A stretch of 64,000 nucleotides of DNA from the human T2T-CHM13v2.0 reference genome, Homo sapiens, in NCBI RefSeq assembly GCF_009914755.1, contig NC_060928.1, one strand, 5' to 3'. Position numbers and translations under genes: made by a program. Positions 27,350 through 40,200 of this stretch are shown here, piece by piece (the first letter of the stretch is position 1; every line of letters begins with the position of its first letter). Below the pieces are notes generated by a model. It saw only the letters and a program-made list of their open reading frames with translations. It was not told the DNA's origin and did no database searches.

Positions 27350-30300
27350 TTATGTTTTTACTTAATTTTTCCATTTTAATTTTACATTGGGCGGGGGACA
27401 TGTGCCCATTTGTTACCTGGGTGTATTGCATCATGCTGAGGTTTAAGGTATGAATGATCCCATCACCCAGGTACTGAGCATAGCAGCTAATGGTTAGTTT
27501 TCTAACCGTTGTCACCCTCCTTCCCTCCCTACTCTAGTAGTCTCCAGTGTCCATTTTTGCTATCTTTATGTCCAAGAGTACTCAATGTTTAGCTTCCACT
27601 TGTAAGTGAGAACATGTGGTATTTGGCTTTCTGATTCTGCATTAATTCACTTAGGATAATGGCCGCTAGTTATATCTATGTTGCTGCATAGGACATGATT
27701 TCATTCTTTTTTATGGCTGCATAGTGTTCCATGGTGTATATGTACCACATTTTCTTTTGCAATCCATAATTGATGGGCATCCAGGTTGATTCCATGTCTT
27801 TGCTATTATGAATAGTGCTGCAATGGACATGCCAGTGCATTTGCCTTTGGTAGAACAATTTACTTTCCTTTGTGTGTATGCCCTGCAGTAGGATTGCTAG
27901 GTCAAAAATGGTAGTTTTAAGTTCTTTGAGAAATCTCTAAACTGCTTCCTATAGTATCTGAACTAATTTACATTCCTACTAGCCGTGCATAAGCATTCTC
28001 TTTTCTCTGCAGTATTGCCAACAATTATTGTTTTTTGAAGTTTAATAATGGTTATTTTGACTAGTGTGAGATGGTATGTCATTGTGATTTTGATTTGTAC
28101 TTCTCTGATGCTGAGCATTTTTTTATGCTTGTTGGTTAGTTGTATGTCTTCTTTAGACAAGGGTCTGTTCATATGCATTGCCCACTTTTAAATAGCTTGT
28201 TTTTTGCTTGTTGATTAATTTAAGCTCCTATAGAGTCTAGATAGCAGATCTTTGTCGTATGCATAATTGCAAATATTTTTTCCCATTATGTAGGTTGCCT
28301 GTTCACTCTGCTGAATTTTTGATGTGCAGAGCTCTTTAGTTTAATTAGGACCCACTTATCAATATTTGTTTTGTTGCGATTGCTTTTGGGGATTTAGTTT
28401 ATAAATTGTTTTCCAAGGCCAATGTCCACAATGGTATTTCCTAGGTTTTCTTCTAGGATTCTTATAGTTTGAGGTCTTACACTGAAATCTTTAATACATC
28501 TTGAGTTAGTTTTTCTGTGTCATGCAAGGAAGGAGTCTAGTTTCATTCTTTTGCATATGGCCATCCAGCTATCCCAGCACCATTTATTTAATAGAGAGTC
28601 CTTTTCCAATTGCTTATTTTTGTGAACTTTGTCAAAGATCAGATGGCTGTAAGTGTGCAGTTTTATTTCTGGGTTCTCTACTCTGTTCTATTGGTCTATG
28701 TAACGGTTTTTGTTACCAGTACCATGCTGTTTTGGTTACAAATTATACCTTACAGTATAATTTGAAGTTGAGTAATGTGATGCCCCCTGTTTTGTTCTTT
28801 TTGCTTAGGGTTGCTTTGGCTATTCCGGCTCTATTTTGATTTCCTATGAATATTAGAATAGTTTTTTCTAGTTCTTGAAAAATGACGTTGGTATTATGAT
28901 AGAAATAGTGTTGAATCTGTGGATTGCTTTGGGCCATAAGACTATTTTAATGGTATTGATTTTTCCAATCTGTGAACATGAAATGTTTTTCAATTTGTTT
29001 ATGTCATTGATGATTTCTTTTAGCAGTGTTTTGTAGTTTTCCTTGTAGAGATTCTTCACATACTAGGTTAGATGTGTTCTTAGGTATTTTATTTGTTGTG
29101 AGGGGGTATTGTAAATGGAATTGTGCTCTTGATTTGGCTCTCATCTTGGATGTTATTGGTATTTAGAAATATGCCTGAGTTTTTTACATTGATTTTACAT
29201 CTTAAAACTTTACTTAAGTTGTTAATCAGTTCCAACAGCCTTTTGGCAGGGTCTTTAGGGTTGGTTTTCTAGGTATAGAATTATATTTTCCATGAAAAGA
29301 GTTATTTTGACTTTATCATTTATTATTTAGATACTTTTTTTCTCTTTCTCTTACTGACTGCTCTGGCTATCAGTTCTAGTATTTTGTGGAATAGGAATGG
29401 TGAGAATGGGCATCCTTGTCTTGTTCCAGTTCTCAAGATGAATGCCTTCAGTTGTTGCTCAATCAGTATGATGTTGGCTGTGGGTTTTTCATAGATGGCG
29501 CTTATTATTTTGAGGTATATTCCTTCAATGTCTGGTTTCCTGAGGGTTTTTAACATGAACGTGTGTTGGATTTCATTGAAAGCTTTTTCTGCATCTATTG
29601 AGACGATCGTATGGTTTTTGTGTTTAATTCCTTTATGAGGTGAATCACATTTATTGATTTGCATATGTTGAACACACCTTGCATCCCAGGAATAAAGCCT
29701 ACTTGATCAAGATGAATTAACATTTTGATATGCTGTTGAATTTGGTTTGCTAGCATTTTATTGAGAATTTTTGTATATTCAATCAATTTTTGTATATTCA
29801 ATATATTTATCAAGGAATATATTGGGCAGTAATTTTCTCTTTTCATTTTGTCTTTGTCAGATTTTGTTATAAGAATGACGTTGGCTTCATAGAATGAGTT
29901 AGGGAGGAGTCCTTTCTCCTTGATTTTTGCAACATTTTCAATAGAATTGGCACTGGCTCTTCTTGGTGCATCTGGTGAAATTCAGCTGTGAATCCATATT
30001 GTCTAGGTTTTTTTTTCTTTTTTTTTTTTTTGACTGATAGGTTTTTCATTAGTGACTCAGTTTTGGAATTTGATATTGGTCTGTTCAGGATTTCAATTTC
30101 TTCCTTATTCAATCTTGGGAAATTGTGTCCTTCCGGGAATTAATTCATTTTCTCTAGATTTTCTAGGTGTTTGTAATACTTTCTGAGGATCTTTTGTATT
30201 TCTGTGGGATCAGTTGTAATGTCACCTTCACCATTTCTGATTTTGCTTATTTAGATCTTCTGTTTTTTATTCTTGTTAATCTAGCTAGCAGGCTATAAAT

Positions 30301-30630
30301 CTTGTTTATCCTTTAAAAAACCAAACTTTTGCTTTTGTTGATTTTTATATAGATTTTTGAGTTTCAATTTCATTTAGCTCAGCTCTGATTTTAGGTATTT
30401 CTTTTCTTCTGCTAACGTTGGGATTAATTTGTTCTTGTTTTTCTAGTTCTTCTAGGTGTGATGTTAGATTGGTAATTTCAGATATTTTCAGCTTTTGAAA
30501 TAGGTGTTTATAGCTATAAACTTTCCTCTTAAAACTGCATTTGCTGCATCACAGAGATTTTGGTTTGTTGTACCTCCGTTTTTATTTATTTCAAAGAAAT
30601 TTTTATTTCTGCCTTAATTTTGTTGTTTAT
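27350..30630 (-). mobile_element. 5'-truncated L1 (L1PA15/16 or L1PB-like), ORF2 RT + 3' UTR, multiply frameshifted
   Basis: ORF-track pieces are L1 ORF2 RT (e.g. '[13 protein letters not shown]', '[10 protein letters not shown]', '[11 protein letters not shown]'); 3' UTR at 27350-27700. Confidence 0.95.
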
Positions 30631-31199
30631 GACTAAAATTGTAGACCTTGGCAAAATTTCATAATTTATTGTAGAAAAAAATGGAAAGTGAATAAAAGGT
30701 TTGGATTGGATTTTGTTTCTTAAGCAGAGGAGAGCCAACATTTGAATTTTATGTAAGAAATACCTCGTGAATAAAGCACTTTAACAAGTAAAATAACAGA
30801 AACAAGGATACAAGTTAAGAGATAATTGCCATAGTAAAGAAAAGAAGTGTTAGTGGCTTGACTTTTGATTGAAGCAACACAGATAAAGAGAAGTAGAGAG
30901 ACGCAATAAATATATTTTCAAGGTAAAGCCAATAATACTTGTTGAGGGATTGACATTGTAGGAAGAGGTTACAATAAAATCATGACGCACAACTGGGTTT
31001 TTGACTTGGTGAATAATAAGTGTTACTAAATGATGTGGGTAACCCTAGGGAACTGTATTTGACTTTTAAAAGCACAGCATTTTAACCCTTTCTTATCAAT
31101 GGAGAGTACCTGCCTTAAGAAGAGAGAGCATTTATTCTTCATTAGAAGTAGAATGCAGACAATAATTAGTTGTCGCAAAAGGAGTAAGCACATATCCTA

Positions 31200-32723
31200 G
31201 GATTTCTGAAAAGATGTATGTGTCTCTGACTTTTATTTGGATCCAGAGATTTGAAGAAACTATGCCACATCCATTCAGGAGAGTATGTTCAAAACGTCTG
31301 TAGCCATACCTAAGTCATGGAGAAGCAATGAAAATAACAGAAGCATGCAGTGTTTGATAAAAGCATAACTGGCTATATAAATAACATAGTCTGCCTCTAG
31401 CAGTGACAATGCTGATGTTTTTGGTAGACCATATTTGTGGCATGATTTTGCACATTGTGGCTGCTTAAACTCCAAACCATGTGTTTTGAAATTCCCTTAA
31501 AGGGATGAGGGGTATTTTAGTAAAACACATTCATATAAAAGGAAGAAGATAAACTTCATGATTATGTAAGGCTAGTCAGTAAAGTTTTTGAGAGCTCAGT
31601 GATTCTGCTACATTATAATATAAACTGCAAAGAGAAGGGCCACTTGCCACACTTTATTCTCTCCACCACTAAGAAAGAAGCCTATGTTTTTGGTTTTGGA
31701 AAGCAATTTATATATAAGGCATGTTGCTTTAACTCATTCTCCAGGTGAGCAAAAGTCCTTGAATTTTAAGAAGGATATAGTGAAAAGAAGGCTTTTTGCT
31801 TACATACACAGTGGTGCAAGGAATCATATCACTTAGCCTTTTTAACCCGGGCAATAACATAATCAGAAGCATCTGTATGCAAGTGAAAACTGTAGCAACC
31901 TCCAGTAGAATAACATGCAAGTTTTTCAGTATTTTGCTTTTTCTTCAAGTCTTACTAGTGAAATCATTTTGATAATAAAACTTGACAATCCATAATAAAC
32001 AGATGTATTACATATGCTGTCCATCTTAAACTGAGTGCTATCCATTCCACGAACCCATGCAGTTTAATGCATTTTCCCTACTAAGTGGAAACTTACATAT
32101 AAGATGATCCCAAGCAATTACTGAAGACACAGGTGAATATCCTGAGCAGATGGCTCATCATTACTGTTGTCTATGTCTCCCATTCTGCTTCCTTTCTCTT
32201 ATTCTATATCTGCAGCTTTATGCAGAACTCCCTCTGACCAGTTGAGTAAGATTAGAAAAAATAAAGCCTAACAGATGCTACAATACCATGTACTTTGACT
32301 TTAGCTAGGCAGAATTCTATGTAATATATTATATCTCCCCTAAGTGGAGAAAATAAATATCCCAAGTGGACAGAACTTATGGTAGCACATTGAGTTGTCC
32401 CCACTGCTTGGAATGAGAAACAGCATGAGGTAAGGAAATACACAGATGCTTGGGCAGTGACTAATATGGCTTAAGAGTCAGGGACATGAAAAGACAATAT
32501 TAGGAAACTGCTAGTAAGGAATTTGAAGGAAGAACTATGTTAGGGGTTGAATTGTTTCCCAAAAAAAAGATGGGCAATGAAGTTCTACCTTCAGCACCCA
32601 TGAATGTGACCATATTTGAAAATAAAGCCTTTGCAAATGACAGTTAAGATTAAATCATTGGGATGGGTCCTAATCCAATGTCTGCTTTCCTTATATAAAG
32701 GGCAAATTTCGGCACAGAGACAG

Positions 32724-32764
<41 letters not shown>

Positions 32765-33900
32765 TACACACACGGGGGGGGGAGAGAGAATATTATGTGA
32801 AGATGAAGGATGAAGGCAGAGTTTGGGGGGATACATGTACAAGCCAGGGAACATCAAAGATTGTTAACACACCACCAGAAATGAAAAAGAGAGGTATGGA
32901 ACACATTCTTCTTCACTGCCTTACAGCCCTTAGAAAGAAATAACCCTGCTGATCTTGATCTTGATCTTCTAGCCTCGAGAACTGTAAGACAATAGATTTC
33001 TCTTGTTTAAGCCACTCAGTCTGTGGTATTCTGCTACAGCAGACCTGGGAAGCTAATATAAGCTTTATGGATGCACCTCACAAGAATTAACTCTTGGTAT
33101 GAGTGAAATTATGCCCATTTAAAAGTGCATTCAGAGACTAATATTGTGGAGTAAGTTACAATTAATCATGAAGAAAACTTGATGTGTTCTGTGGGTTTCA
33201 GTCATTTTTTTTTATTATCTTTCAGCTTAAATATTTAATCAGTGAAGTCAAGAAAAAAGTGTCCAGATGGTGCATGGACTTTTCTTTACCAAAGCTGGCT
33301 AGGAAACTTCTAAATATACTGCATAATAGCAGAGTCAACACAGAACCTCCACAATTGCAAATTAGTCAACTTGTGGTAAGTTTATTACCTTGAAATTCCT
33401 TGTGTCATGGATAGGAGAAACATTTTAATTTCATCTAAATACTTATTCTGGCAATGTTTACTTTCTCTGACAGTCACGCTTTTGTAGCATTACTTCTGTG
33501 GACTTCCTGAATGCTGTATTTATCATCACAAATCCAGCATAGCACTGTAATGTAAGAGATAAGGTAATGGGCTGAGGCACACAAGGTTCTCTGGTCTTTT
33601 CATCTGTCCTATTACCAGAAGCAAGAGACGGCAAAATGACTTATTGAAGATTGAAGACACAGTGTTAGGGTCAGCTTGAATCAACTTCCATAGTTGAATG
33701 CCACAGCCTCTGATTCCCTTTCTGACTTTTGGGGAATATGCACTGTTAAGAGATCAAGCTTACTTTTACCCAAAAATATTTCTTGCCCTTCCAAGTGCCC
33801 TTGAGCCAGGTCATGAGCACAACCTTGGATCCATCACTGAGATACACTCACTTTTTATTTTGTATCAAAATCTAATGATTCAAGTAAATGAAATGACATA
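31200..33900 (+). mobile_element. Decayed ERVL-class internal pol region (RT, RNase H, integrase)
   Basis: Manual translation: SVKFLRAQ* (31576), TTKKEA (~31665), KYPKWTELMVAH*VVPTAWNEKQHEVRKYTDAWAVTN (32355-32465), HGLFFTKA (33273), NTYSG (33438), WAEAHKVLWSFHLSY (33568), colinear with ERVL Pol motifs; outer limits approximate. Confidence 0.8.
32538..33060 (+). mobile_element. MLT1C-like MaLR LTR with internal (CA)n, inserted in the ERVL pol
   Basis: 'tgttaggggttgaattgt...gaatgtgaccatatttgaaaata...ctagcctcgagaactgtaag...ttaagccactcagt...ctaatata'. Confidence 0.85.
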
Positions 33901-34067
33901 AAATCTACTATGACAGCAAGGGGCAAGCAGTCAAAACAACAGTAGTTACTAATGACAGCACTGGCTGTGGACTGTGGAGTATGCCTATGAGATAAACATG
34001 AATTTATCAGCATCAGGCATTCTTTGCCTCTTTCCTTCAATCTCATCAGATATTTCATGTTTATGAG

Positions 34068-34422
34068 TGCTGTAAACTGAATATTTGTGTTCCTGCCAAA
34101 ATTCATATGTTAAAACTCTAACTCGCAATGGGATGGTATTAGAAGGTGGAGCCTTTGGCGGTAATTAGGTTTAGATGAGATTATGAGGGTAGATTTTTCC
34201 ATGATGGGATTAGTGTTCCTATAAGAAGAGAAACAAACTAAAGCTCCCTCTCTTTCTTCCACAGGTCTACAAACCAGGAAGATGATCCTCACCAGGAAGT
34301 GAATTGGCCAGCACATTGATCTGGGACTTCCCAGCATCTAGAACTGTGAGAAATGCATGTCTGTTGTTTAAGCCACCTAGTCTATGGTGATTTTGTTATA
34401 ACAGCTCCCACTGACTAATGTA
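34068..34422 (+). mobile_element. MLT1A/A0 MaLR LTR
   Basis: 'ccaaaattcatatgttaaaact...ggtattagaaggtggagcctttgg...gaactgtgagaaat...ttaagccacctagtctatgg'. Confidence 0.85.
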
Positions 34423-34669
34423 AGAAGATATTCACAAAGATGAGAATCTGCTCTCCATTCCAATTATTTCACATTGTATCTATTAAGCTTCACTATAACT
34501 TGCCTGTCACAACTATCATCACAAAGGAAAACAACATATTGGATATAATACATATTAGTTTATCAAGAAGGAAATGATTCTCAATCTGATGTTGATAAGG
34601 GTATTGATGAAGGATTTTAAAAGGATAGTAGAAAACAGTAAATCCATTAACCAATTTTGCCAACAAGAG

Positions 34670-34905
34670 AAGCAGTAGAGTGTATGTAGAAGAATGAGTT
34701 CTGGAGCCAAACAGCCTGGGTTCAAGTCCCACTTCCAATTCTAAATTATTGTGTTACCTTTGCCACATTTCTTGTGCCTCCATACTCCTGTCTCTAAAAT
34801 GGGGATACAAATTATATCTGCACTATAGTGATGCTAATATGTTTAAATGTTATAATATTTCTTACCTCCTCAAGAAGTGTCTAGGTTATAGTAAGCAATT
34901 GATAT
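34670..34905 (+). mobile_element. MIR
   Basis: 'tctggagccaaacagcctgggttcaagtccc...ctaaaatggggata'. Confidence 0.75.
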
Positions 34906-36429
34906 TATCTATTTACCTTAAGGATTAGTATAAATGAATGCATCAAAATATCTCTAAGAGATGAATATAAATTATAAAATTATATCTTATGTCCTAAAAA
35001 GTCAATCAATCCAGCTAAAACATTTTTATTAGCATAAATTTAATCACATAATTTGAATAAGAAAAGAGAATATGAGCACTAATTCTTACTTTATAATGGA
35101 GAAAATGTATCAATGTGAGCAGAGCTGTCCCAATAGTAGCTAGATTGAACTCCCTTACTCCACTATCAATAAAAAAGACAAACAGAAAAATCCCATCTGT
35201 CCATATGACAAGTCCAAAATCAGACACCTGCGTGGCAAATGTGTGTAGCAGTGAGTACCACAGATGCTCTAAATTTAGTACAAACCATATGCTCAATGAT
35301 TTACTTAAATTGGTTGGGGATGACGATCCACTATAGAAAAAGTCCACAGAGCAATTAAGGAACAACATGTTTTGCTGCTCTCATCTCATCTTCTCTCCTT
35401 TAGTCCCAGATGTTACAACCACTACAGAGACATTAATCAATTTGTTAATTTATTGTCAGATTGTTAAAGGTTTATGAAGATTTTGACCCATTTTGCTACA
35501 TTTGTTTTGGCAGCAAGATTAATTTAATTATAATTGTCTTGGGGACAAAGGGAAGACAGTAGGATATCACATGTTCTATCTGAAAGGATTCATACTTTCA
35601 TCAGACAATCCAAGCATTTGTGCATTCCCAGTCTTTAAGCATGTGATTGCCCTGAAGAAATGAAGGAATAAAAGCAGCTCACATCTATCTACATTTCCTG
35701 ACTGACATTACTTGTTTCCTTCACCCTTATCTCTCTAAAGGATAGTCCATAAATTTACTTGACTTCCAATAGCTCTAGTACTTTATTCACAGGTTTTTAA
35801 TCTGCACTATTTTTCTACATTAAAAAAGTCAAAATATTTACATTTTAAAAATAATAAAGTTCTAGTTTAAGCCATCAGTATAAGCTTTTCAATAAAATGT
35901 GATTCATTTTTCATTTTTATATAAAAGAAAAACTCACATCGTAGGTTTTGTTCTAATTTTGCCTTAATAGGCACCTCAAACATATTAATCTAGTGATATT
36001 TTTTAGGACACAAACTCCTTGAGTCTAGCTTTCCTATTCTGTTAAGAGAAATACTCCATGTCTCTATTAGGTGACAGGGTTATTGTACAGATTAAACAGA
36101 ATGATTATATAACCGTGTTTTAAATATTTTAACGGGCAAGGCTATATTGAGATTACTATTTTTTCATGTATCTTTGTGTCATCAGTCCAGCTAGACTCCT
36201 TTCTACAAGATTAGTGGATATGATACAGACACTAACATGATACTACTACAGGTACTTCTAATACAGATTTGGGACCCAGTAAGTATATATTAAAAACATG
36301 TAGAATGAACTTTTATTTAATTAAATACTCTGTGTAAATGAAAAGTTCTAGGTACATAATACAAAGCTCAAAGAAAATAATGACTAATTGCCAAAGAATC
36401 TGGAAGAAAAATATTTAAATACTCTAAGC

Positions 36430-36621
36430 CAGTGGTTCTCAAAATGTCTTCTCCAGACTAGCTGCATCAGAATCACCTGGGAACTTGTTAGAAAGCCTGC
36501 AAATCTTGAGTCTCCAGTTCTGACCTAGTGAAGCAGGAACTCCAAAAGTGGACTGAAACAATTTGTATTTTAACAAGTCTTCCAGCTGATTCTGATTTAT
36601 GCTAAAGTGTGAGATCTACTA
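36430..36621. mobile_element. MER5A (hAT-Charlie MITE)
   Basis: TIR 'cagtggttctcaaa', 'gcatcagaatcacctgggaacttgttagaaa', 'tttaacaagtcttccagctgattctgat'. Confidence 0.85.
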
Positions 36622-36804
36622 CACTAAACAATAATGGTGGGTTGGAAATCATCATTTTTGTAATTATGTAGAATCTCCTTTAGGAGACTGGGGGTATGAA
36701 AGCCAATGTCATTCAATAATAACATACATTTAATTACTGTATTTTAATGGAGGAGCTTCACTAAAACCCCTATTAAAAATTCCATAAGGTAGAGTATTAA
36801 TCCT

Positions 36805-36984
36805 CTAGTGCAGCACTGTTGAATAGAACTTTCTGCAATGGTAGAAGTATTTTATATCCCTGCAGTCCAATTGAAATATGGCTAGTATGAGACACTGAAT
36901 TTTTGGTGTTATTTAATTTTAAGAATTTCAATTTAAGTAGCTGTACATGTCTATTGACAACCATATTGGATATAACAACACTAG
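36805..36984. mobile_element. MER3 (hAT-Charlie)
   Basis: 'gcactgttgaatagaactttctgcaatg...gaaatatggctagt...ccatattggata'. Confidence 0.75.
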
Positions 36985-36988
36985 TGGT

Positions 36989-37296
36989 TATTCATTCATT
37001 CATTCATTCATTGGTTAGAGACAAGGTATCACTGTCATCCAGGCTGGAGTGCAGTGGCACAATCACAGCTCGAGGTAGCCTCTATCTCCAAGGCTCCCAG
37101 GCTCAAGTAATCCTCCCACCCAGGCTTTTGAGTAGCAGGAACTACAGCTGTGAGCCATCACACTTGCCATTTTTTTTTTTTTAAGTAGAGATGACTATGT
37201 TGCCCAGGCTGGTCTTGAACTCCTGAGCTCAAGCAGTTCTCCCACCTCAGGCTCTTGAAGTGCTGGGATTACAGGTGTGACCCACCATGCCCGGCC
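36989..37296 (-). mobile_element. AluJ with a (TTCA)n-derived tail
   Basis: J-type diagnostics 'gctcaagtaatcctccc', 'gttgcccaggctggtcttgaactcctgagctcaag'. Confidence 0.9.
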
Positions 37297-40200
37297 AATA
37301 GATGCTGTTAGATATTGCATGAAAATCTTCAACATTATATAAAATGGGACGATTTCTTCAATGGTGGAGTCAATGAGTGTGTTTAAATCCTAGAAAAAGT
37401 GGCATTTGGGTTGTGACTCGGTGCATGGGACATAATTTCAAAAGACAGAAATGGGAGATAATGTAGAGAGAGGCTCTGACATACTAAAAAATATGGACCG
37501 ACATACAAGGTGCAGAAGTTGCCCAAATTGGTTTGTGCAAAATGTACATGTTGGGAAAGCATAGAAAATAAGGATAAGCTTCATTGCATCCAGAAAAAGA
37601 CAAAAATGTTTGTATTTCTTTCTCTATTCTTTTAAGAAGTAATGAATATTTAGGCAAAGGAATGACAGAATCTGTCAGATGCTTAATTGCTCCGGATGCA
37701 TTAAGCGATGAAGGAGATGATTCAGGAGACTCAAAAATGAAGCTTGCAGGCAATAAGAGTACACATTTAGGCATATTTCAGTTTAATTAGATAATGATGT
37801 GAGTACCTATTATAGGACCAGTATTTGCTAATACACTAATTATTAATGTTATACAAGTATGTTCTACTTTAGCCACAAACACGAGGCACTAGTTTAACAA
37901 GCCAATTCCTAGATATCCCAGCAAACTCACTAACTCAGAACTCACTAACTCAGAATCTCCAAGTGTGAGGCCCAATAATCTATAAAATATTCAGCAATTT
38001 CAATGTTAATTCTTTAGAGCAAAAAACATATTAGAACTACGAGGCAAATGATAAGTAAGAAGTCAATTTATATGGATTCTCTATATAATTAGGTAAATAT
38101 ATAATATATAATATTTTGGCTGCAATATTTGCTCACCTGTGGCTTGTACTAATTTTAACTTATTTATTTCTCTGTTCTACCATCCTCATAAAATTTAATG
38201 AATTCTGAGAACCAGCTATGTGAGGTTTTTTTTAATCTATGGAGTCATACAAAGTGACATTTCAGATTAAGTCAACTATCGCTATAATTTAGCTTAAAAT
38301 CATTTTCAACTGAAGAGGCCATATAATTTAGGAAGTGGAATTGGGTGTTAAACTGTTTAAATGATCACATCAGCTTGAAGCATTGCTTCATGATCAGACA
38401 TATCCCTACTGTGTATTCTCAATAGATTCACATTCTTCATTTTAGAAGTCAATATTTTATGCTCCTTTTGCGAATGGGATTGTCCTTTTCTATTAGGAAT
38501 TATATTGTGTGGAATATCCTACACCCCTTTCTATGGGGAAAAACAAAACACCCAAACAGTTACATGAGTGCATTTTCAGGTCTATCTGTATATTTAAGAA
38601 TATAACATAAAACAGTATTTTTCTGTGTTGGTATACCTGGCATCCTACTAACTAGTTAAAGGTTTATAATGATTTTTTTTTATTTATATATCTTGTAGCC
38701 TATTTAGACTCCAAGAAATTGGGCATGTTATTAACTCAGTGAAAAAAAAGGAGTGAGGAGAAAGACTCTAAATAGGAGAGCAATTTTGATGCTGTGTCAG
38801 TGGTGGAAGTAAGCAAAATGAAATGAGTCACTTCTTTCTTTTCACTCACAGTGCAATAACTGACTCTCTTCACAGTCTTCATTTTCAAGGTAAGTGATTG
38901 AATTGTGAAACATGGATAGTCTCCAGACTTCATTTTATCAGCAATGAATTCCATTTCCTGCATGCTGAAGTAACTTGCTAATACATTGCTTTTGATACAT
39001 GAAATGAGAGTAATGGACACACTTTATAAAAAAAGATATGCGTTCCTACTTGGCTTACAAAATGCTGTTCCTCTTACCTGCTACAAGTGATTAAGAGTAA
39101 ACTATAAGTATTCATCAGGGAATTCTAAGCACTGTAAATTTTTCTGGCCTCATGGTGTGTTAAAGATTTTTCTCTATATAATTCTGTTTACTAACTCTTT
39201 GCACGTTGCTTATGCAGTGTGGATGCTGAAGAGTTGTGACCCTACAGCCAGAAAATAATACATACAATAAACATTTACATTCTCTACCTTAAATATTTAT
39301 AAAATCTTAAAGACTGCTAGGAGCTTCTTCCATTTTTAATTGCAATCATGAAAGTGAAAACTGTTCAGTTATTCTCTGAAGAGATACTTTACTAGCCACG
39401 AAAATAGTTTTTTTAAAAAATAATATCACTTAATTATTATTTCATAATACAACTGTACAGCTATTCTATGCAATTTTATAGTTCAACTATAATAACCAGG
39501 GCATAGTACTTAATTTACATTATAATAGCAATAGAGTTATGCATAAAAGTTTATATAAACCTAGTAAATAATAAAATGGCCAAGTCGACTATATTCTAAT
39601 GGACTTTAAAAAATGACTTAGTTTTTTTTTCCACTAATTATTTTTTTTTCTCATGGTTAAAATTACTGATCCCTGTGAAATGAAAAAATTCTCTATTTCT
39701 CTGTTGTTCTAGCTCACTACTAATTATACGCAGAGTCATTTTACAATGCAGTCATTTCACATACAATCCTGCTCCCATCTACCTACTTCTTCAACACCAG
39801 AGCAAATTTCATATCTTAAAATGAAACTAAATTACCCAGTAATAAAGGCCCATTCATTTGCTGTGAACTCACGACCATTTTATAAGAGCAATAGGGTGAG
39901 CTCAGCTTTGACTATAAATAAAATTTACTAAATAAATCTGACATATAAAATGAGTTGTAAGTCCAATCTTGTTGCATGGCAATCAGGCATATCAGGTAAG
40001 AATTTTTTAAAAAAGAATTATCATACTGGAACTGTTTTACATACCGATATTCAGGGATTTTAAAATTTTTCTGAAGTATGCATAATTAACAATGAAAATA
40101 TGTACAAATGAACCTGTGGTTTAGACACCCTGCTGTTTTCTTAGTCTCTTCTTCTCAGGTCCCCAACATACTCTCCCTGCAAAATTCTTGATCTGGTGTC

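Noticed and set aside
35015-35368. Overlapping 117-aa (-) and 73-aa (+) ORFs in unique sequence
   Set aside because: Non-ATG starts, no recognisable homology, no convincing splice context
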